Below, one piece after another: positions 31,382 to 41,911 of a stretch of 64,000 nt of DNA. The notes beneath the pieces were generated by a model. It was given only the letters and a program-made list of their open reading frames with translations, was not told the DNA's origin and did no database searches. The position numbers and the translations under genes were made by a program. The stretch covers positions 102,444 to 166,443 of the forward strand of contig JAHBUL010000004.1 of NCBI GenBank assembly GCA_019638085.1, read 5' to 3'. The stretch's first letter is position 1. Each line of letters begins with the position of its first letter. This DNA comes from Flavobacteriales bacterium (GTDB taxonomy: Bacteria > Bacteroidota > Bacteroidia > Flavobacteriales_F > PHOS-HE28).

Positions 31382-31966
31382 TTAGTTCAAGGAGATCAGG
31401 TACGCCACGCGCAATCCGATATAGCTGCTTGCCTTGGCGCCATCAACATCCGAATCAGGTGAAATGCTGTTGTAGCGCAATCCGAGGTCCAACTTCTCCA
31501 ATTGGTAGCCTACGCCAATGGCCCAACTGAAGTTAGTGCTGGACGTCGTTTGACTCGGAGTGACCCTATCCGGGATGCCTAAAGCAGGGACACCGGGGGT
31601 CGTAATCTCTTCGCTCTTGGTACTTACGCTATGGATACCCAATTGGGCATGGCCATAGAAGCCTTCCTGCTGATCCTGGAAGTAATACTTCAATCCTAAC
31701 TGAGCGGGCAGCATGGATGCACTCTTGATGAAATCCTTCACCTCACTTTTTGGCATCAGAATGTCATAGGATACTTGGAGCGTAACCCCCAAGTTGTCCC
31801 CGATCGGCAATTCAAAGCCGGCCGTCGGGCCAACTCCGAGTCCATAGGCATCTCCAAAATCGCCCAGAGGCATGGCCAGATCAACGCCTAATGAGATCTG
31901 GTTGCTTTGTGCCATCAGCCCACCTGCAAAAGCAAAGGCGGCCAAACCGAGTGTGATCTTTTTCAT
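31382..31966 (-). CDS. small outer-membrane beta-barrel protein (porin-family/OmpW-like fold)
   Basis: Signal peptide MKKITLGLAAFAFAGGLMAQ. Alternating beta-strand pattern. C-terminal ...IGLRVAYLISLN. Confidence 0.6.
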   Translation of the reverse strand: MKKITLGLAAFAFAGGLMAQSNQISLGVDLAMPLGDFGDAYGLGVGPTAGFELPIGDNLGVTLQVSYDILMPKSEVKDFIKSASMLPAQLGLKYYFQDQQEGFYGHAQLGIHSVSTKSEEITTPGVPALGIPDRVTPSQTTSSTNFSWAIGVGYQLEKLDLGLRYNSISPDSDVDGAKASSYIGLRVAYLISLN

Positions 31967-32132
31967 TCGAGTTTATGTTGGTGTGCGGCAAACGTAACAA
32001 CATCCGCCAATTAAGCAACACCCTTTCGTCAGTTTTGGGGATTGGCCAGGCGGCCTTGTGTGACCGGATCTTCGATCACTACCATGAACAAGTGTGCGGT
32101 CAATTCTGCCTACACACAACGGTTATGGTGGC

Positions 32133-32894
32133 TTAGCCCCCGCCGAAGGTCCAGCCCACGGCGAACTCCACCAAGTTGGACCAAATGCGATAACGGGAAC
32201 TGCCTTGTGATTGATCGAACGTAGTGCTCAAGCCTCTGTAGTAACGCAAGTCCAGGTCCAGGCCAACATCCAGGGTATAGCCGACCCCTGCCATTGCGGC
32301 CATTTCCATCTTTTTGAAATCCTTTGTAGCAGCACTGCCCTTTTTCTTCGACGTTTCAAAATCGTTCTGATCCAAGGAAGTATTTCCATTCAATGTACCC
32401 TTGGTGGTGGTCGTGACATCCTCATTACGCTTGCCGCTCATCAGGAAGCCAAAGGATGGACCGATCATGACGCGAAGGCCTTCCGTGGGGGTCAAGGTGA
32501 TCGGCGCATTGATCTGGAAATACGATAATCGCTGATCGGTCTCGGTCAGTATGGTCTGTTCTCCCGTGAAGGTGGCCGGTTGGCCATTGTACGTCACTTG
32601 GGTGTTGTCGAACTTCTGGGTCACCGATTGTTCCGTGAGCAACTTCCGAAAGGAAAATTCCAGTTCCGGACGAATTCCAACCATATCCGAGAACGGGATC
32701 TCAACATATGCGCCGAAGGCTAACCCAAGTCCCTTTGGATTAGTAGGTGGATCTTTCGGATCGGGTTGGATCTTTTGTCCACCGATGAAATAGTTGGCTC
32801 CCACCTTCCCCCCTACCCGCACTTGGGCGGCAAGTTCGTTGGTGATGAAGGCGAAAGTCCCTATGATGAGTATGGTAGTAGCGAGCCGTTTCAT
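32133..32894 (-). CDS. small outer-membrane beta-barrel protein (paralogous neighbour)
   Basis: Start at internal ATG (MKRLATTILIIGTFAFITNELAAQ, signal peptide). Beta-strand periodicity. C-terminal ...EFAVGWTFGGG. Confidence 0.55.
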   Translation of the reverse strand: MKRLATTILIIGTFAFITNELAAQVRVGGKVGANYFIGGQKIQPDPKDPPTNPKGLGLAFGAYVEIPFSDMVGIRPELEFSFRKLLTEQSVTQKFDNTQVTYNGQPATFTGEQTILTETDQRLSYFQINAPITLTPTEGLRVMIGPSFGFLMSGKRNEDVTTTTKGTLNGNTSLDQNDFETSKKKGSAATKDFKKMEMAAMAGVGYTLDVGLDLDLRYYRGLSTTFDQSQGSSRYRIWSNLVEFAVGWTFGGG

Positions 32895-33034
32895 GCAGTT
32901 CGGATTTGGCTCCAAACCTACGAGGGACGAAGCAAACGTCACAATCCCCAATTCGGGGGATGCGCTCGGCATGGGATAGACGCCGGAAGCCCCGCCGCAA
33001 TGGCGAGGCTTCTGGATATCACGATGAGCAGGTG

Positions 33035-35308
33035 CTACTTCCCTTGGCTTGCCCGGATGACGTTCAGCGCACTACCGGCCCTGTACCAACCGATCTGTGC
33101 GGCATTGTAGGTATGGTTGCACTTGATGGTATCCTTCGTGCCGTCCTTATGGTTCAACACTACTGTAAGTTGCTTTCCAGGCGCGAATTCCTCCAGGTCC
33201 ACAAAGTCGAAACGATCATCCTCCTGCACCTTGTCGAAATCATTTTCCTTGTCGAAGGTGATGCCCAAGAGGCCTTGCTTCTTCAGGTTGGTCTCGTGGA
33301 TGCGGGCGAAGCTTTTCACAATAACGGCGGTAACTCCCAAGTGGCGTGGCTGCATGGCAGCGTGCTCCCGGCTGGAACCTTCCCCGTAATTATGGTCGGC
33401 CACCACAACGCTGGGTTGTTTCGCCGCCTTGTACGCACGCTGCGTGGCGGGCACTTCACCAAATTCACCGGTGAGCTGGTTCTTCACCTTATTGGCCTCA
33501 CCGTTGAAAGCGTTGATGGCGCCGATCAAAGTGTTGTTGCTGATGTTGTCCAAGTGCCCACGGTAGCGCAGCCATGGACCGGCCATGCTGATGTGGTCGG
33601 TGGTACACTTCCCCTTTGCCTTGATAAGCAATACAGCGCCGGTCACGTTCTTTCCATCCCACGCGGGGAACGGTTCCAGCAATTGGATGCGGTCGCTGTC
33701 GGGCTTCACTAACACTTCCACACTGCTTCCATCCTTGGCCGGTGCCTTGAAACCGGGGTCTTTCACATCAAAGCCCTTGGGTGGCATCTCCAAGCCCTTG
33801 GGTTCATCCAGCTTCACGTCTTCACCCTTTGCATTCTTCAAGGTGTCCGTGAGGGGGTTGAAGGATAAATGTCCTGAAAGGGTCATGGCCGTCACCAGCT
33901 CGGGGCTGGCCACGAATGCGTGGGTATTGGAGTTCCCGTCGTTGCGCTTGGCAAAGTTGCGGTTGTACGAAGTAAGGATGGAGTTGGGGCGATCCGGGTC
34001 ATTGGTATGGCGGGCCCATTGCCCGATGCAGGGTCCACAGGCATTGGCCAGCACCACCCCACCCATTTCCTCGAAGGACTGCAACAGACCATCGCGCTCG
34101 GCCGTGTAACGCACCTGCTCGCTGCCGGGTGTAACGGTGAACTCGCTGACGGCCTTCAATCCTTTCTCATTGGCCTGCCGGGCAATGGAGGCGCTGCGTG
34201 TGAGGTCCTCGTAGCTGCTGTTGGTGCAGCTTCCTATCAGGCCCACTTCCAGCACTTCGGGCCAGCCATTCTCCTTCACGGCGGCAGCGAACTTGCTGAT
34301 CGGCCATGCAAGGTCCGGTGTGTATGGCCCGTTCACATGGGGCTCCAATTTGCTCAGGTCGATCTCGATCACGCGATCGAAGTATTGCTCGGGGTTGGCA
34401 TAAACCTCCGGATCACCTGTGAGGTGCTCAGCCACTTTATCGGCCAATTGAACGATCTCTTCACGTCCGGTGCCATTGAGGTAGCGGCGCATGCTATCGT
34501 CGTACCCGAAGGTGCTGGTGGTGGCACCGATCTCAGCGCCCATGTTGCAAATGGTGCCTTTGCCTGTGCAGCTGAGGCTTTCGGCCCCGGGGCCGAAGTA
34601 TTCCACAATGGCACCAGTACCACCTTTCACGGTGAGGATGCCGGCCACTACCAGGATCACATCCTTGGCGGAAGCCCAGCCACTGAGCTTTCCGGTCAAT
34701 TTCACGCCGATCACCTTGGGCATCTTCAATTCCCAAGGAAGGCCGCTCATGACGTCGCATGCATCGGCACCACCTACACCGATCGCCAACATGCCAAGGC
34801 CACCTCCGTTGGGGGTGTGGCTGTCCGTCCCGATCATCAGGCCACCGGGAAAGGCGTAATTCTCCAGCACCACTTGGTGGATGATGCCCGCGCCGGGACG
34901 CCAGAAGCCAATGCCGTATTTATTACTGATGCTCTCAAGGAACTGGAATACCTCATTCCCTTTCAACAGTGCATCCTGCAGGTCCTTCTTCGCTCCTACC
35001 CGTGCTTGGATCAGGTGGTCGCAGTGTACGGTACTGGGCACCGCTACCTTGGCGCGGCCCGTGGTCTTGAATTGCAGCAAGGCCATTTGTGCCGTTGCAT
35101 CCTGCATGGCCACACGGTCCGGTGCGAAATCGACATAGTCCTCCCCACGCTTGAGCTCCTTGGTTGCCGCCCCTTCATCGAGGTGGGTGTATAGGATCTT
35201 TTCGGTAAGGGTAAGGGGCTTACCCAACGCCTTGCGGGCAGCTGCAATGCGTTCGGGGTAGCGGTCATATACCGCCTTGATCATGTCGATATCGAAAATG
35301 TGGGCCAT
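33035..35308 (-). CDS. acnA: aconitate hydratase
   Basis: Start at [11 protein letters not shown]... Fe-S ligand region ...[10 protein letters not shown]..., ...[11 protein letters not shown]..., and C-terminal swivel domain ...[16 protein letters not shown]... Confidence 0.9.
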   Translation of the reverse strand: MAHIFDIDMIKAVYDRYPERIAAARKALGKPLTLTEKILYTHLDEGAATKELKRGEDYVDFAPDRVAMQDATAQMALLQFKTTGRAKVAVPSTVHCDHLIQARVGAKKDLQDALLKGNEVFQFLESISNKYGIGFWRPGAGIIHQVVLENYAFPGGLMIGTDSHTPNGGGLGMLAIGVGGADACDVMSGLPWELKMPKVIGVKLTGKLSGWASAKDVILVVAGILTVKGGTGAIVEYFGPGAESLSCTGKGTICNMGAEIGATTSTFGYDDSMRRYLNGTGREEIVQLADKVAEHLTGDPEVYANPEQYFDRVIEIDLSKLEPHVNGPYTPDLAWPISKFAAAVKENGWPEVLEVGLIGSCTNSSYEDLTRSASIARQANEKGLKAVSEFTVTPGSEQVRYTAERDGLLQSFEEMGGVVLANACGPCIGQWARHTNDPDRPNSILTSYNRNFAKRNDGNSNTHAFVASPELVTAMTLSGHLSFNPLTDTLKNAKGEDVKLDEPKGLEMPPKGFDVKDPGFKAPAKDGSSVEVLVKPDSDRIQLLEPFPAWDGKNVTGAVLLIKAKGKCTTDHISMAGPWLRYRGHLDNISNNTLIGAINAFNGEANKVKNQLTGEFGEVPATQRAYKAAKQPSVVVADHNYGEGSSREHAAMQPRHLGVTAVIVKSFARIHETNLKKQGLLGITFDKENDFDKVQEDDRFDFVDLEEFAPGKQLTVVLNHKDGTKDTIKCNHTYNAAQIGWYRAGSALNVIRASQGK

Positions 35309-35392
35309 GGCTGTTTTGTGCGATAGGTGTAAGAGTCGCAAAGGTACACATCGCGAAAGGCTTGGCCGAAAGACGGATTACGGACCCAACTC

Positions 35393-36697
35393 CTACATGA
35401 TGCTGGTATGCTCCTCCCCGGGCGATCTGTCCTCCGGGATAGGTGGACCTTTCCGCCATACACGGACTTGACTTACGTGCAAGAGCCCGCTGTATAAAAA
35501 GGCGCCGATAAGCGAGCCGGTTGCAATGGCGGTAAGGATGAAAAGCAAGCGCAGGATGTTGCCCGCTGTACCCATGCCCTCGGTGGCCATGGTGGCCACA
35601 CTTACCAAGCCGAAGGAGCCGGGTGCGAGCAGCCAGAAAGCTGGCAGAATGGTGACCAACGCGGGGGGGCCTTTGTAACGATATTCGATCACCAATGCGG
35701 TCATTGTCATCACGGCCGCACCGAAGAATGCAGTAGAAGCCCCGTCAACAAAGTGGCCAGAGACATATTGGCCCAGATAGGCCATCAGCATGGTGAGGAT
35801 CACCCAAGGCAAGGAGCGTCTACGGCTGCTTTTGAACAGGTGCAGGCCGATGGCGAACACCACTACACCGGCCCAGGCCAACCCGGGTGCGAGACGCTCG
35901 GCGTGGTGTACATGTTCCGGGATCCCATCACCGAAAAGCCGGAACCCGCCCAATAGGCCAAAGGCCAAGAGGATCAGCTGGGCGAAGCCAGCCACCAACC
36001 GCGATGCCCCGGATACGATATTGGCAAAAGCCAATTCAACCACAGCCACAGTGAGCACACTACCCGGCAGGAAAATGACCAATGGAGGGATCAGTAATTG
36101 AAAGGGAGCCTCCTTCACCCCGTAGCGATAGAATATGGCCACCACTGAGGCCAATATGAAGGCCGCCACCACGGGCATCACCGCGTTCCACGCAGGCTGG
36201 CGCCGCACCGCCACCAGAAGCATCGCACAGATGAAGCCGAGTATGGCGACATATCCCAGGCCGCTCCACGTGGGGCGAAGGACCAGTGCGATACCGATGG
36301 TCGTGATCAGATAGCCTAGTACAAAACCGAGATCGCCATAGCGATGCTTCATGCGCCACATGGCATCGAGCTTGCGTAGGCCGTCCTTGGGCGAAAGCCT
36401 TCCCGCACGGGCCTCTCGGGCGATCTCCAGCACGCCTTCCACCTGGTCGAAGCGCAGATCGCCCACACGATAAGGGCCCGGCGTAATGTGGACGCGGTGG
36501 GCCTCTCCCTCCTCAGTTTGCACGAGGAGTACAGTAGGAAGGGCGAATACCACGGCATTCTCCTGCCCATTGCGCTTGGCCACCTCACCCAGGTCGCGCT
36601 CTATCAACGCCACGGCATTACCTGCGGCAAGTTCGGCTTGGCCCAAACGGGTAAGGAACTTGAGTAAAAGACGCTGATCGGGATCGCTTTCGGCCAT
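35393..36697 (-). CDS. threonine/serine exporter (ThrE) family protein, fused DUF1212 + DUF3815 halves
   Basis: N-terminal soluble region then ~10 TM helices. Start uncertain (ATG at 36697 or TTG at 36793). Confidence 0.6.
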   Translation of the reverse strand: MAESDPDQRLLLKFLTRLGQAELAAGNAVALIERDLGEVAKRNGQENAVVFALPTVLLVQTEEGEAHRVHITPGPYRVGDLRFDQVEGVLEIAREARAGRLSPKDGLRKLDAMWRMKHRYGDLGFVLGYLITTIGIALVLRPTWSGLGYVAILGFICAMLLVAVRRQPAWNAVMPVVAAFILASVVAIFYRYGVKEAPFQLLIPPLVIFLPGSVLTVAVVELAFANIVSGASRLVAGFAQLILLAFGLLGGFRLFGDGIPEHVHHAERLAPGLAWAGVVVFAIGLHLFKSSRRRSLPWVILTMLMAYLGQYVSGHFVDGASTAFFGAAVMTMTALVIEYRYKGPPALVTILPAFWLLAPGSFGLVSVATMATEGMGTAGNILRLLFILTAIATGSLIGAFLYSGLLHVSQVRVWRKGPPIPEDRSPGEEHTSIM

Positions 36698-36774
36698 GGT
36701 GGCGAAAGCTACAAGGGGATGGGTAAAGAGTTTGGGCCATGGATCGTGACAGGTGGAGTGAATTGTTAAAATCG

Positions 36775-36796
36775 AAGTTGCATGGCCATGCAACTT
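36775..36796. promoter_or_regulatory. perfect 22-nt palindrome AAGTTGCATGGCCATGCAACTT in the promoter region of the ThrE-like gene
   Basis: Sequence equals its own reverse complement. A second near-identical site (GTTGCATGCCCATGCAA) lies at 36932..36948. Confidence 0.4.
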
Positions 36797-36931
36797 GTCA
36801 GCATCCCCACGACGGGATCGGAACCCTCACAGTATGTCACACCCTCACCTAGCACGGCTATCAACGATCGGAAGGATACCAGGCACAAATGGCGAAGACC
36901 CCGAACGGAGCAGCAGGTCGATCGAACCACA

Positions 36932-36948
36932 GTTGCATGCCCATGCAA
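36932..36948. promoter_or_regulatory. second TTGCATG-N2-CATGCAA palindrome (7-bp arms), ~155 bp from the first
   Basis: Seen directly. Paired operator-like sites in a 470-bp intergenic region. Confidence 0.35.
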
Positions 36949-37169
36949 TCGCCAAGAGAGGTGGTCCTGGCGCGCCATCCTTCCCCAGGCTCCTGCCTAA
37001 CTTCAACATCACACTGCAGGTCCGGCTCAGCTATGGTGTGGAATTCGTTGATGCCCACTCCACGTGCATCATGCGCTTTCTCGATGGCCCAATGGCCGCC
37101 GAACTGAATGCGGCCAACAAAAAAGGCCGCCTCAAACGAGACAGCCTTTTCATTGCCTTAGCTAAAAGC

Positions 37170-37616
37170 TCACTCCTCCACCACCTCGAAGGGGATGGTC
37201 TTCACCACATCGCGGTGGAAGGTCACCTCGGCTTCGTAGGTTCCGATGGTCTTGATGGCTTCGCCTTTCAGCTTGATGTACTTGCGGTCCACTTCGATGC
37301 CGAGCTGCTTGAATGCATCGCTGAGCATGATGGTGTTCACACTACCGAAGATGCGTCCTTTCTCGCCCACCTTCGCACCGATCTTGATGGTCTGGTCGGT
37401 GAGTTTGGCTGCGTTCTTATCGGCCTCGTCGCGCAGCTTGGTCTCCTTGTGAGCGCGCTGCTTGAGCGTTTCGGTCAGTTGCTTGCGCTCGCTGGTAGTG
37501 GCGGCCACGGCCAGCTTGCGGGGGAGCAGGAAATTGCGTGCGTAGCCGTCTTTCACTTTCACCAGGTCATTGGCGAAACCGAGATGCTCCACGTCTTGTT
37601 TGAGGATCACTTCCAT
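37170..37616 (-). CDS. rplI: 50S ribosomal protein L9
   Basis: MEVILKQDVEHLGFANDLVKVKDGYARNFLLPRKLAV... matches L9. Confidence 0.95.
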   Translation of the reverse strand: MEVILKQDVEHLGFANDLVKVKDGYARNFLLPRKLAVAATTSERKQLTETLKQRAHKETKLRDEADKNAAKLTDQTIKIGAKVGEKGRIFGSVNTIMLSDAFKQLGIEVDRKYIKLKGEAIKTIGTYEAEVTFHRDVVKTIPFEVVEE

Positions 37617-37628
37617 GGTCGTGCGTTC

Positions 37629-37946
37629 TTACTTGAGCATGTCGGCCACGTACGGCATCAGTGCGAGGTGGCGGCTGCGCTTCACAGCTTGGGCCACACG
37701 CTTCTGATACTTCTGGCTCGTGCCGGTGAGTCGACGGGGCAGGATCTTGCCCTGTTCGTTCACCAAGCGAAGCAGAAAGTCCGCGTCCTTGTAATCGATA
37801 TAGGTGATACCGAGCTTCTTGAAGCGGCAATACTTGTCCTTCTTGGTCTCGATGGAGATCGGCGTGAGGTAGCGGATCTCATTACTGGCGCCTCCACCCG
37901 ATTTTGCAGGGGCCGGGGTGGCGGAAGTGGTTGTTTCTTCGCTCAT
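37629..37946 (-). CDS. rpsR: 30S ribosomal protein S18
   Basis: ...[61 protein letters not shown] matches S18. Confidence 0.95.
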   Translation of the reverse strand: MSEETTTSATPAPAKSGGGASNEIRYLTPISIETKKDKYCRFKKLGITYIDYKDADFLLRLVNEQGKILPRRLTGTSQKYQKRVAQAVKRSRHLALMPYVADMLK

Positions 37947-37957
37947 TTCCGTTTGGC

Positions 37958-38343
37958 TTAGGCGGTTTCCTTCTTGGTACGTGGAGCACGGCCATCATCA
38001 CCTGCTGACTTGCCTCCCCTTCCGGGACGGCTTTCGGCGAATGCGATATGGTGCTTATCCATGGCCACCGTGAGGAAACGGATCACCCGTTCGTCGCGGC
38101 GGTATTCGGTCTCGAGCTTGGCGATGAGCGACGGGTCGCTCTCGAACTCGATCAGGTGGTAGAAGCCCGAGGACTTCTTCTGGATGGGATAGGCGAGCTT
38201 GCGCATCCCCCAGTTTTCTTCATGGCGGACCTTGCCATTGCCCTCTTTCAGAAGGTCTTTGAATTTGGTAACCGCCTCCTTTGTCTGGTCCTCAGACAAA
38301 ACGGGAGTAAGGATGAAGACGGTCTCGTACCTGTTGGTCATGT
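37958..38343 (-). CDS. rpsF: 30S ribosomal protein S6
   Basis: [55 protein letters not shown]... matches S6. Start at internal ATG. Confidence 0.9.
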
Positions 38344-38498
38344 GCCTCTTGGTAAATTTGGGCTGCAAATGTAGAGAATTAACTGGATCTGGAACAGGGT
38401 CAGAAAATCACATGTTCAGTTAGCAGAACGTCCAACACTACATTGAGCATCGGAACGGTCCTTCCACTGCGGTTCCATGGCGCATGAACCCATCGCCC

Positions 38499-38557
38499 CA
38501 GACTCACGACTCTCGACTACCAAGTAGGGACTCCGGACTCACGACTCCAGACTCAGG
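38499..38557. repeat. degenerate (N)GACTC(C) short-repeat array (~8 units) in the dnaX 5' leader
   Basis: agactcacgactctcgactaccaagtagggactccggactcacgactccagactcagg. The complementary GGAGTC/GGGAGCC array sits at 40371..40401 just downstream of dnaX. Confidence 0.5.
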
Positions 38558-38581
38558 ACCTCCACTATCTTAGCCCCGCCG

Positions 38582-40360
38582 ATGGAACGATTTGTAGTAA
38601 GCGCCCGAAAGTACCGTCCAGACACCTTCGATTCCGTTGTGGGACAGGAGCATGTGACCGGTACCTTGAAGAATGCCATTCGGACCAACCATGTGGCCCA
38701 GGCCTTCCTCTTTACCGGCCCGCGCGGCGTTGGAAAGACCACTTGCGCGCGCATTCTTGCCCGCACCATCAACTGTGAGGATCTCCAAGAAGACCTCACC
38801 ACCTGCGGTGAATGCCTGTCCTGCAAAGGCTTCAGCGAGGGACATTCCCTGAACATCTTCGAACTGGATGCGGCCAGCAACAATAGCGTGGACGATATCC
38901 GCAACTTGATCCAACAAGTACAGATCGCTCCTCAGATAGGCACCAAGAAGGTGTACATCATCGATGAGGTCCACATGCTCAGTTCAGCGGCCTTCAATGC
39001 GTTTCTGAAGACCTTGGAAGAACCACCCTCCTACGCCATTTTCATCCTGGCCACCACGGAGAAGCATAAGATCCTCCCTACCATTCTTTCCCGTTGCCAA
39101 GTGTTCGATTTCAGGCGAATAACCGTCACGGATATTGCAAAGCACTTGGAGGAGATCGCGGTAAATGAGAAGATCTCCGCAGAAAAACAGGCCTTGCACA
39201 CCATTGCACAAAAAGCAGATGGTGGCCTACGCGATGCGCTCAGCATCTTCGACCAACTCGTGAGCTATGGCGGTGAGAGCCTCACCTACGCAGATGTCCT
39301 GAAGAATTTGAACGTGCTGGACCATGAGCACTACTTCAGCATTACCAACAGCCTGTTGAACGCTGATTCCGCAGGCGCACTCGTGACCTTTAATGACATC
39401 CTGTTCCAGGGCTTCGATGGCCATCTCTTCGTGTCCGGACTCGCCAGACACTTACGCGACCTGCTGGTAAGCCAGGACCCTCGCACAATTCCTTTGCTGG
39501 AGGTGAGCGAAGAGCTGGGTGCCCGATATGAGGAACAGGCCAAGGCCGTATCACGCGAGCTGTTGGTGCAGGGACTTGATCGACTGGGCCTGGTGGATTC
39601 ACAATACAAGAACAGCAAGGAGCCCCGTCTGTTGGTGGAGCTCGCGTTGATCCAATTGGCGCAGCTGAACCGGCCATTATCCACCAATGGTAATGTGGCA
39701 CCCCGCGCGGTTGCCCCTGCCATCGTGGAAAAAAAAAGCCCTGATGTGAGGGTTGAGGCTCCCAGCGCTACTGCTCCGCCTCCACAAACCGCTCCTCCGG
39801 TAAGTGCTCGCCCAGAACCGGCACAAACTCCCGTAGTTTCAGACGCAGCCCAACCCGCGCGAACCGCTCGCCGCATGGTGGGCACCGTGTCCATCAGTCA
39901 ACACCTTTCCGCTTCCAAGAGTGCCAGCGCTGAAACGGAGCTGCGCGATCAACCCGGAGACCAACCGAAGGGCAAAGGCACCTCCTTGAGCGGGCGTGAG
40001 CTGAACCAATCCTTATTGCTGAAGATCTGGCATGAATATGCCCAGAGCTTGAAAAAGCAAGGAAAGAGCAGCATGCACGCCACGCTGATCGCGAACAAAC
40101 CCGTGATCACGGGGCCACACTCCATCACCTTCAACATCGTGAATGCAGTACAGGAGAATTACATGCGCGAGGAGAAACCCATGTTGCTCGGACACCTTCG
40201 CCGCGAGTTGGAAATGCCCGAGTTGGAACTGGAAGTGGTGAAACAGGAAGCCTTGAACCTACGCCCGCGGTACACCGCGAAAGATCGCTTCATGATCATG
40301 GCCGAGAAGAATCCTGCCTTGTTCAAGCTGCGGGAAGACCTGGATCTGGACCTGGGATAG
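38582..40360 (+). CDS. dnaX: DNA polymerase III subunit gamma/tau
   Basis: Walker A GPRGVGKTT. Sensor motifs ...KVYIIDEVHMLS..., ...SRCQVFDFRRI... Long Pro/Ala-rich tau-specific C-terminal region. Confidence 0.95.
   Translation: MERFVVSARKYRPDTFDSVVGQEHVTGTLKNAIRTNHVAQAFLFTGPRGVGKTTCARILARTINCEDLQEDLTTCGECLSCKGFSEGHSLNIFELDAASNNSVDDIRNLIQQVQIAPQIGTKKVYIIDEVHMLSSAAFNAFLKTLEEPPSYAIFILATTEKHKILPTILSRCQVFDFRRITVTDIAKHLEEIAVNEKISAEKQALHTIAQKADGGLRDALSIFDQLVSYGGESLTYADVLKNLNVLDHEHYFSITNSLLNADSAGALVTFNDILFQGFDGHLFVSGLARHLRDLLVSQDPRTIPLLEVSEELGARYEEQAKAVSRELLVQGLDRLGLVDSQYKNSKEPRLLVELALIQLAQLNRPLSTNGNVAPRAVAPAIVEKKSPDVRVEAPSATAPPPQTAPPVSARPEPAQTPVVSDAAQPARTARRMVGTVSISQHLSASKSASAETELRDQPGDQPKGKGTSLSGRELNQSLLLKIWHEYAQSLKKQGKSSMHATLIANKPVITGPHSITFNIVNAVQENYMREEKPMLLGHLRRELEMPELELEVVKQEALNLRPRYTAKDRFMIMAEKNPALFKLREDLDLDLG
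39729..39737 (+). other. A9 homopolymer / A_AAA_AAA slippery site inside dnaX (codons 383-386) with TGA stops 2 and 4 codons downstream in the -1 and +1 frames
   Basis: gtg GAA AAA AAA AGC cct gat gtg. The -1 frame reads AAG CCC TGA and the +1 frame reads GCC CTG ATG TGA. Located at the domain III / tau-extension boundary. Confidence 0.5.
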
Positions 40361-40487
40361 GTCATTGCAAGTCGGGAGTCGGGAGCCGGGAGCCGGGAGC
40401 CTAGAGTTTGGAACCTTAAGTAGCGCATTGAGGGGTTCAATTCGGAGAGGTACCTTCGCGGCCCGTTAAACACGACAATCCGAAAGC

Positions 40488-41711
40488 ATGCAGAAGATCA
40501 AGGTGGCGAACCCCGTGGTGGAGATCGATGGTGATGAGATGACCCGCATCATCTGGAAGTGGATCAAGGAACAATTGATCCTGCCGTATGTGGACGTGCC
40601 TTTGGATTATTACGATCTCGGTATTGAACACCGGGATGCCACCAACGACCAAGTGACCGTGGATGCCGCGCATGCGATCCAGAAGCACCATGTGGGCATC
40701 AAGTGCGCCACCATCACACCTGATGAAGCACGTGTGGAGGAGTTCGGCCTGAAACAGATGTGGAGAAGCCCTAATGGCACCATCCGCAACATCCTCGGTG
40801 GTACCGTGTTCCGCGAGCCCATCGTGATCAACAACATCCCGCGTTTGGTACCCGGCTGGACCCAGCCCATCGTCATCGGCCGCCATGCCTTCGGCGATCA
40901 GTACAAGGCCACGGATGTGGTGATCAAGGGCAAGGGCAAGCTCACCATGACCTTCACCCCGGAGGAGGGCGAGGCCACCACGTGGAACGTGTATGACTTC
41001 AAGGGCGACGGTGTTGCCTTGAGCATGTACAATACCGATGAGAGCATCGAGGGTTTCGCACACAGCTGCTTCAACTTGGCGTTGGAAAAGAAATGGCCGC
41101 TCTACCTCAGCACGAAGAACACCATCCTGAAGAAGTATGACGGACGCTTCAAGGACATCTTCGAGGATGTCTACCAAAAGCACTACAAGGCCGATTTCGA
41201 CAAGGCGGGTATCACATACGAGCATCGCCTGATCGATGACATGGTGGCCGCAGCGATGAAGTGGAGCGGAGGCTTTATCTGGGCCTGCAAGAACTACGAC
41301 GGCGATGTGCAGAGCGACATCGTGGCGCAAGGTTTCGGTTCACTCGGACTGATGACCAGCGTGCTGATGACGCCTGATGGCAAGACCATGGAGGCCGAGG
41401 CCGCCCACGGCACCGTAACCCGCCACTTCCGCCAGCACGAGCAGGGCAAACCCACCAGCACGAACCCGATCGCCAGCATCTTCGCTTGGACGCGTGGACT
41501 CGCCTTCCGTGGCAAGCTGGATGGCAACCAAGCCCTGATCGACTTCGCCCACAAGCTGGAAACGGTCTGCATCCAGACCGTGGAAGCCGGCAAGATGACC
41601 AAGGACCTCGCGGTCTGCATCCACGGCAGCAAGGTGACCCCGGACCAGTACCTCACCAGCGAAGGCTTTATGGCCGCACTGCGCGAAGGACTGGAGCGTG
41701 GCATGAAGTGA
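40488..41711 (+). CDS. icd: NADP-dependent isocitrate dehydrogenase (homodimeric IDH1-like type)
   Basis: [23 protein letters not shown]...[17 protein letters not shown]... matches the ~410 aa NADP-IDH family. Confidence 0.9.
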   Translation: MQKIKVANPVVEIDGDEMTRIIWKWIKEQLILPYVDVPLDYYDLGIEHRDATNDQVTVDAAHAIQKHHVGIKCATITPDEARVEEFGLKQMWRSPNGTIRNILGGTVFREPIVINNIPRLVPGWTQPIVIGRHAFGDQYKATDVVIKGKGKLTMTFTPEEGEATTWNVYDFKGDGVALSMYNTDESIEGFAHSCFNLALEKKWPLYLSTKNTILKKYDGRFKDIFEDVYQKHYKADFDKAGITYEHRLIDDMVAAAMKWSGGFIWACKNYDGDVQSDIVAQGFGSLGLMTSVLMTPDGKTMEAEAAHGTVTRHFRQHEQGKPTSTNPIASIFAWTRGLAFRGKLDGNQALIDFAHKLETVCIQTVEAGKMTKDLAVCIHGSKVTPDQYLTSEGFMAALREGLERGMK

Positions 41712-41731
41712 ACATGTAAGCAAGGCCCGCA

Positions 41732-41772
41732 GGGAACCGATCGGGGAATACCTCCGGTCGGTTCCTTGTTTT
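41732..41772 (+). terminator. rho-independent terminator after icd (12-bp stem with 1 mismatch, then TTGTTTT)
   Basis: gggaaccgatcgg-N9-ccggtcggttcc followed by a T-rich tail, 21 nt after the stop. Confidence 0.55.
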
Positions 41773-41911
41773 ATACCGCTTGTTGGACGCCATCCGGTTC
41801 CGGTTAACAGATACTTCAACGCATCCACTTCCCACTACTGCCACTATTGACCTTCATCAACTCCGCCCAAAAAAGAAGACCGATCTTCGCAGCCTAGTTG
41901 TCGCACGGTCT

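Noticed and set aside
33920-35194. 424-aa ORF on + strand
   Set aside because: Antisense to aconitase.
36795-37961. 388-aa ORF on + strand
   Set aside because: Runs antisense across rplI, rpsR and rpsF, which have unmistakable ribosomal-protein sequences. High GC produces long open antisense frames.
38380-38580. SRP RNA (ffs), which often lies upstream of dnaX
   Set aside because: No GGAAGCAGCC / helix-8 symmetric-loop motifs on either strand. The region instead holds a GACTC short-repeat array.
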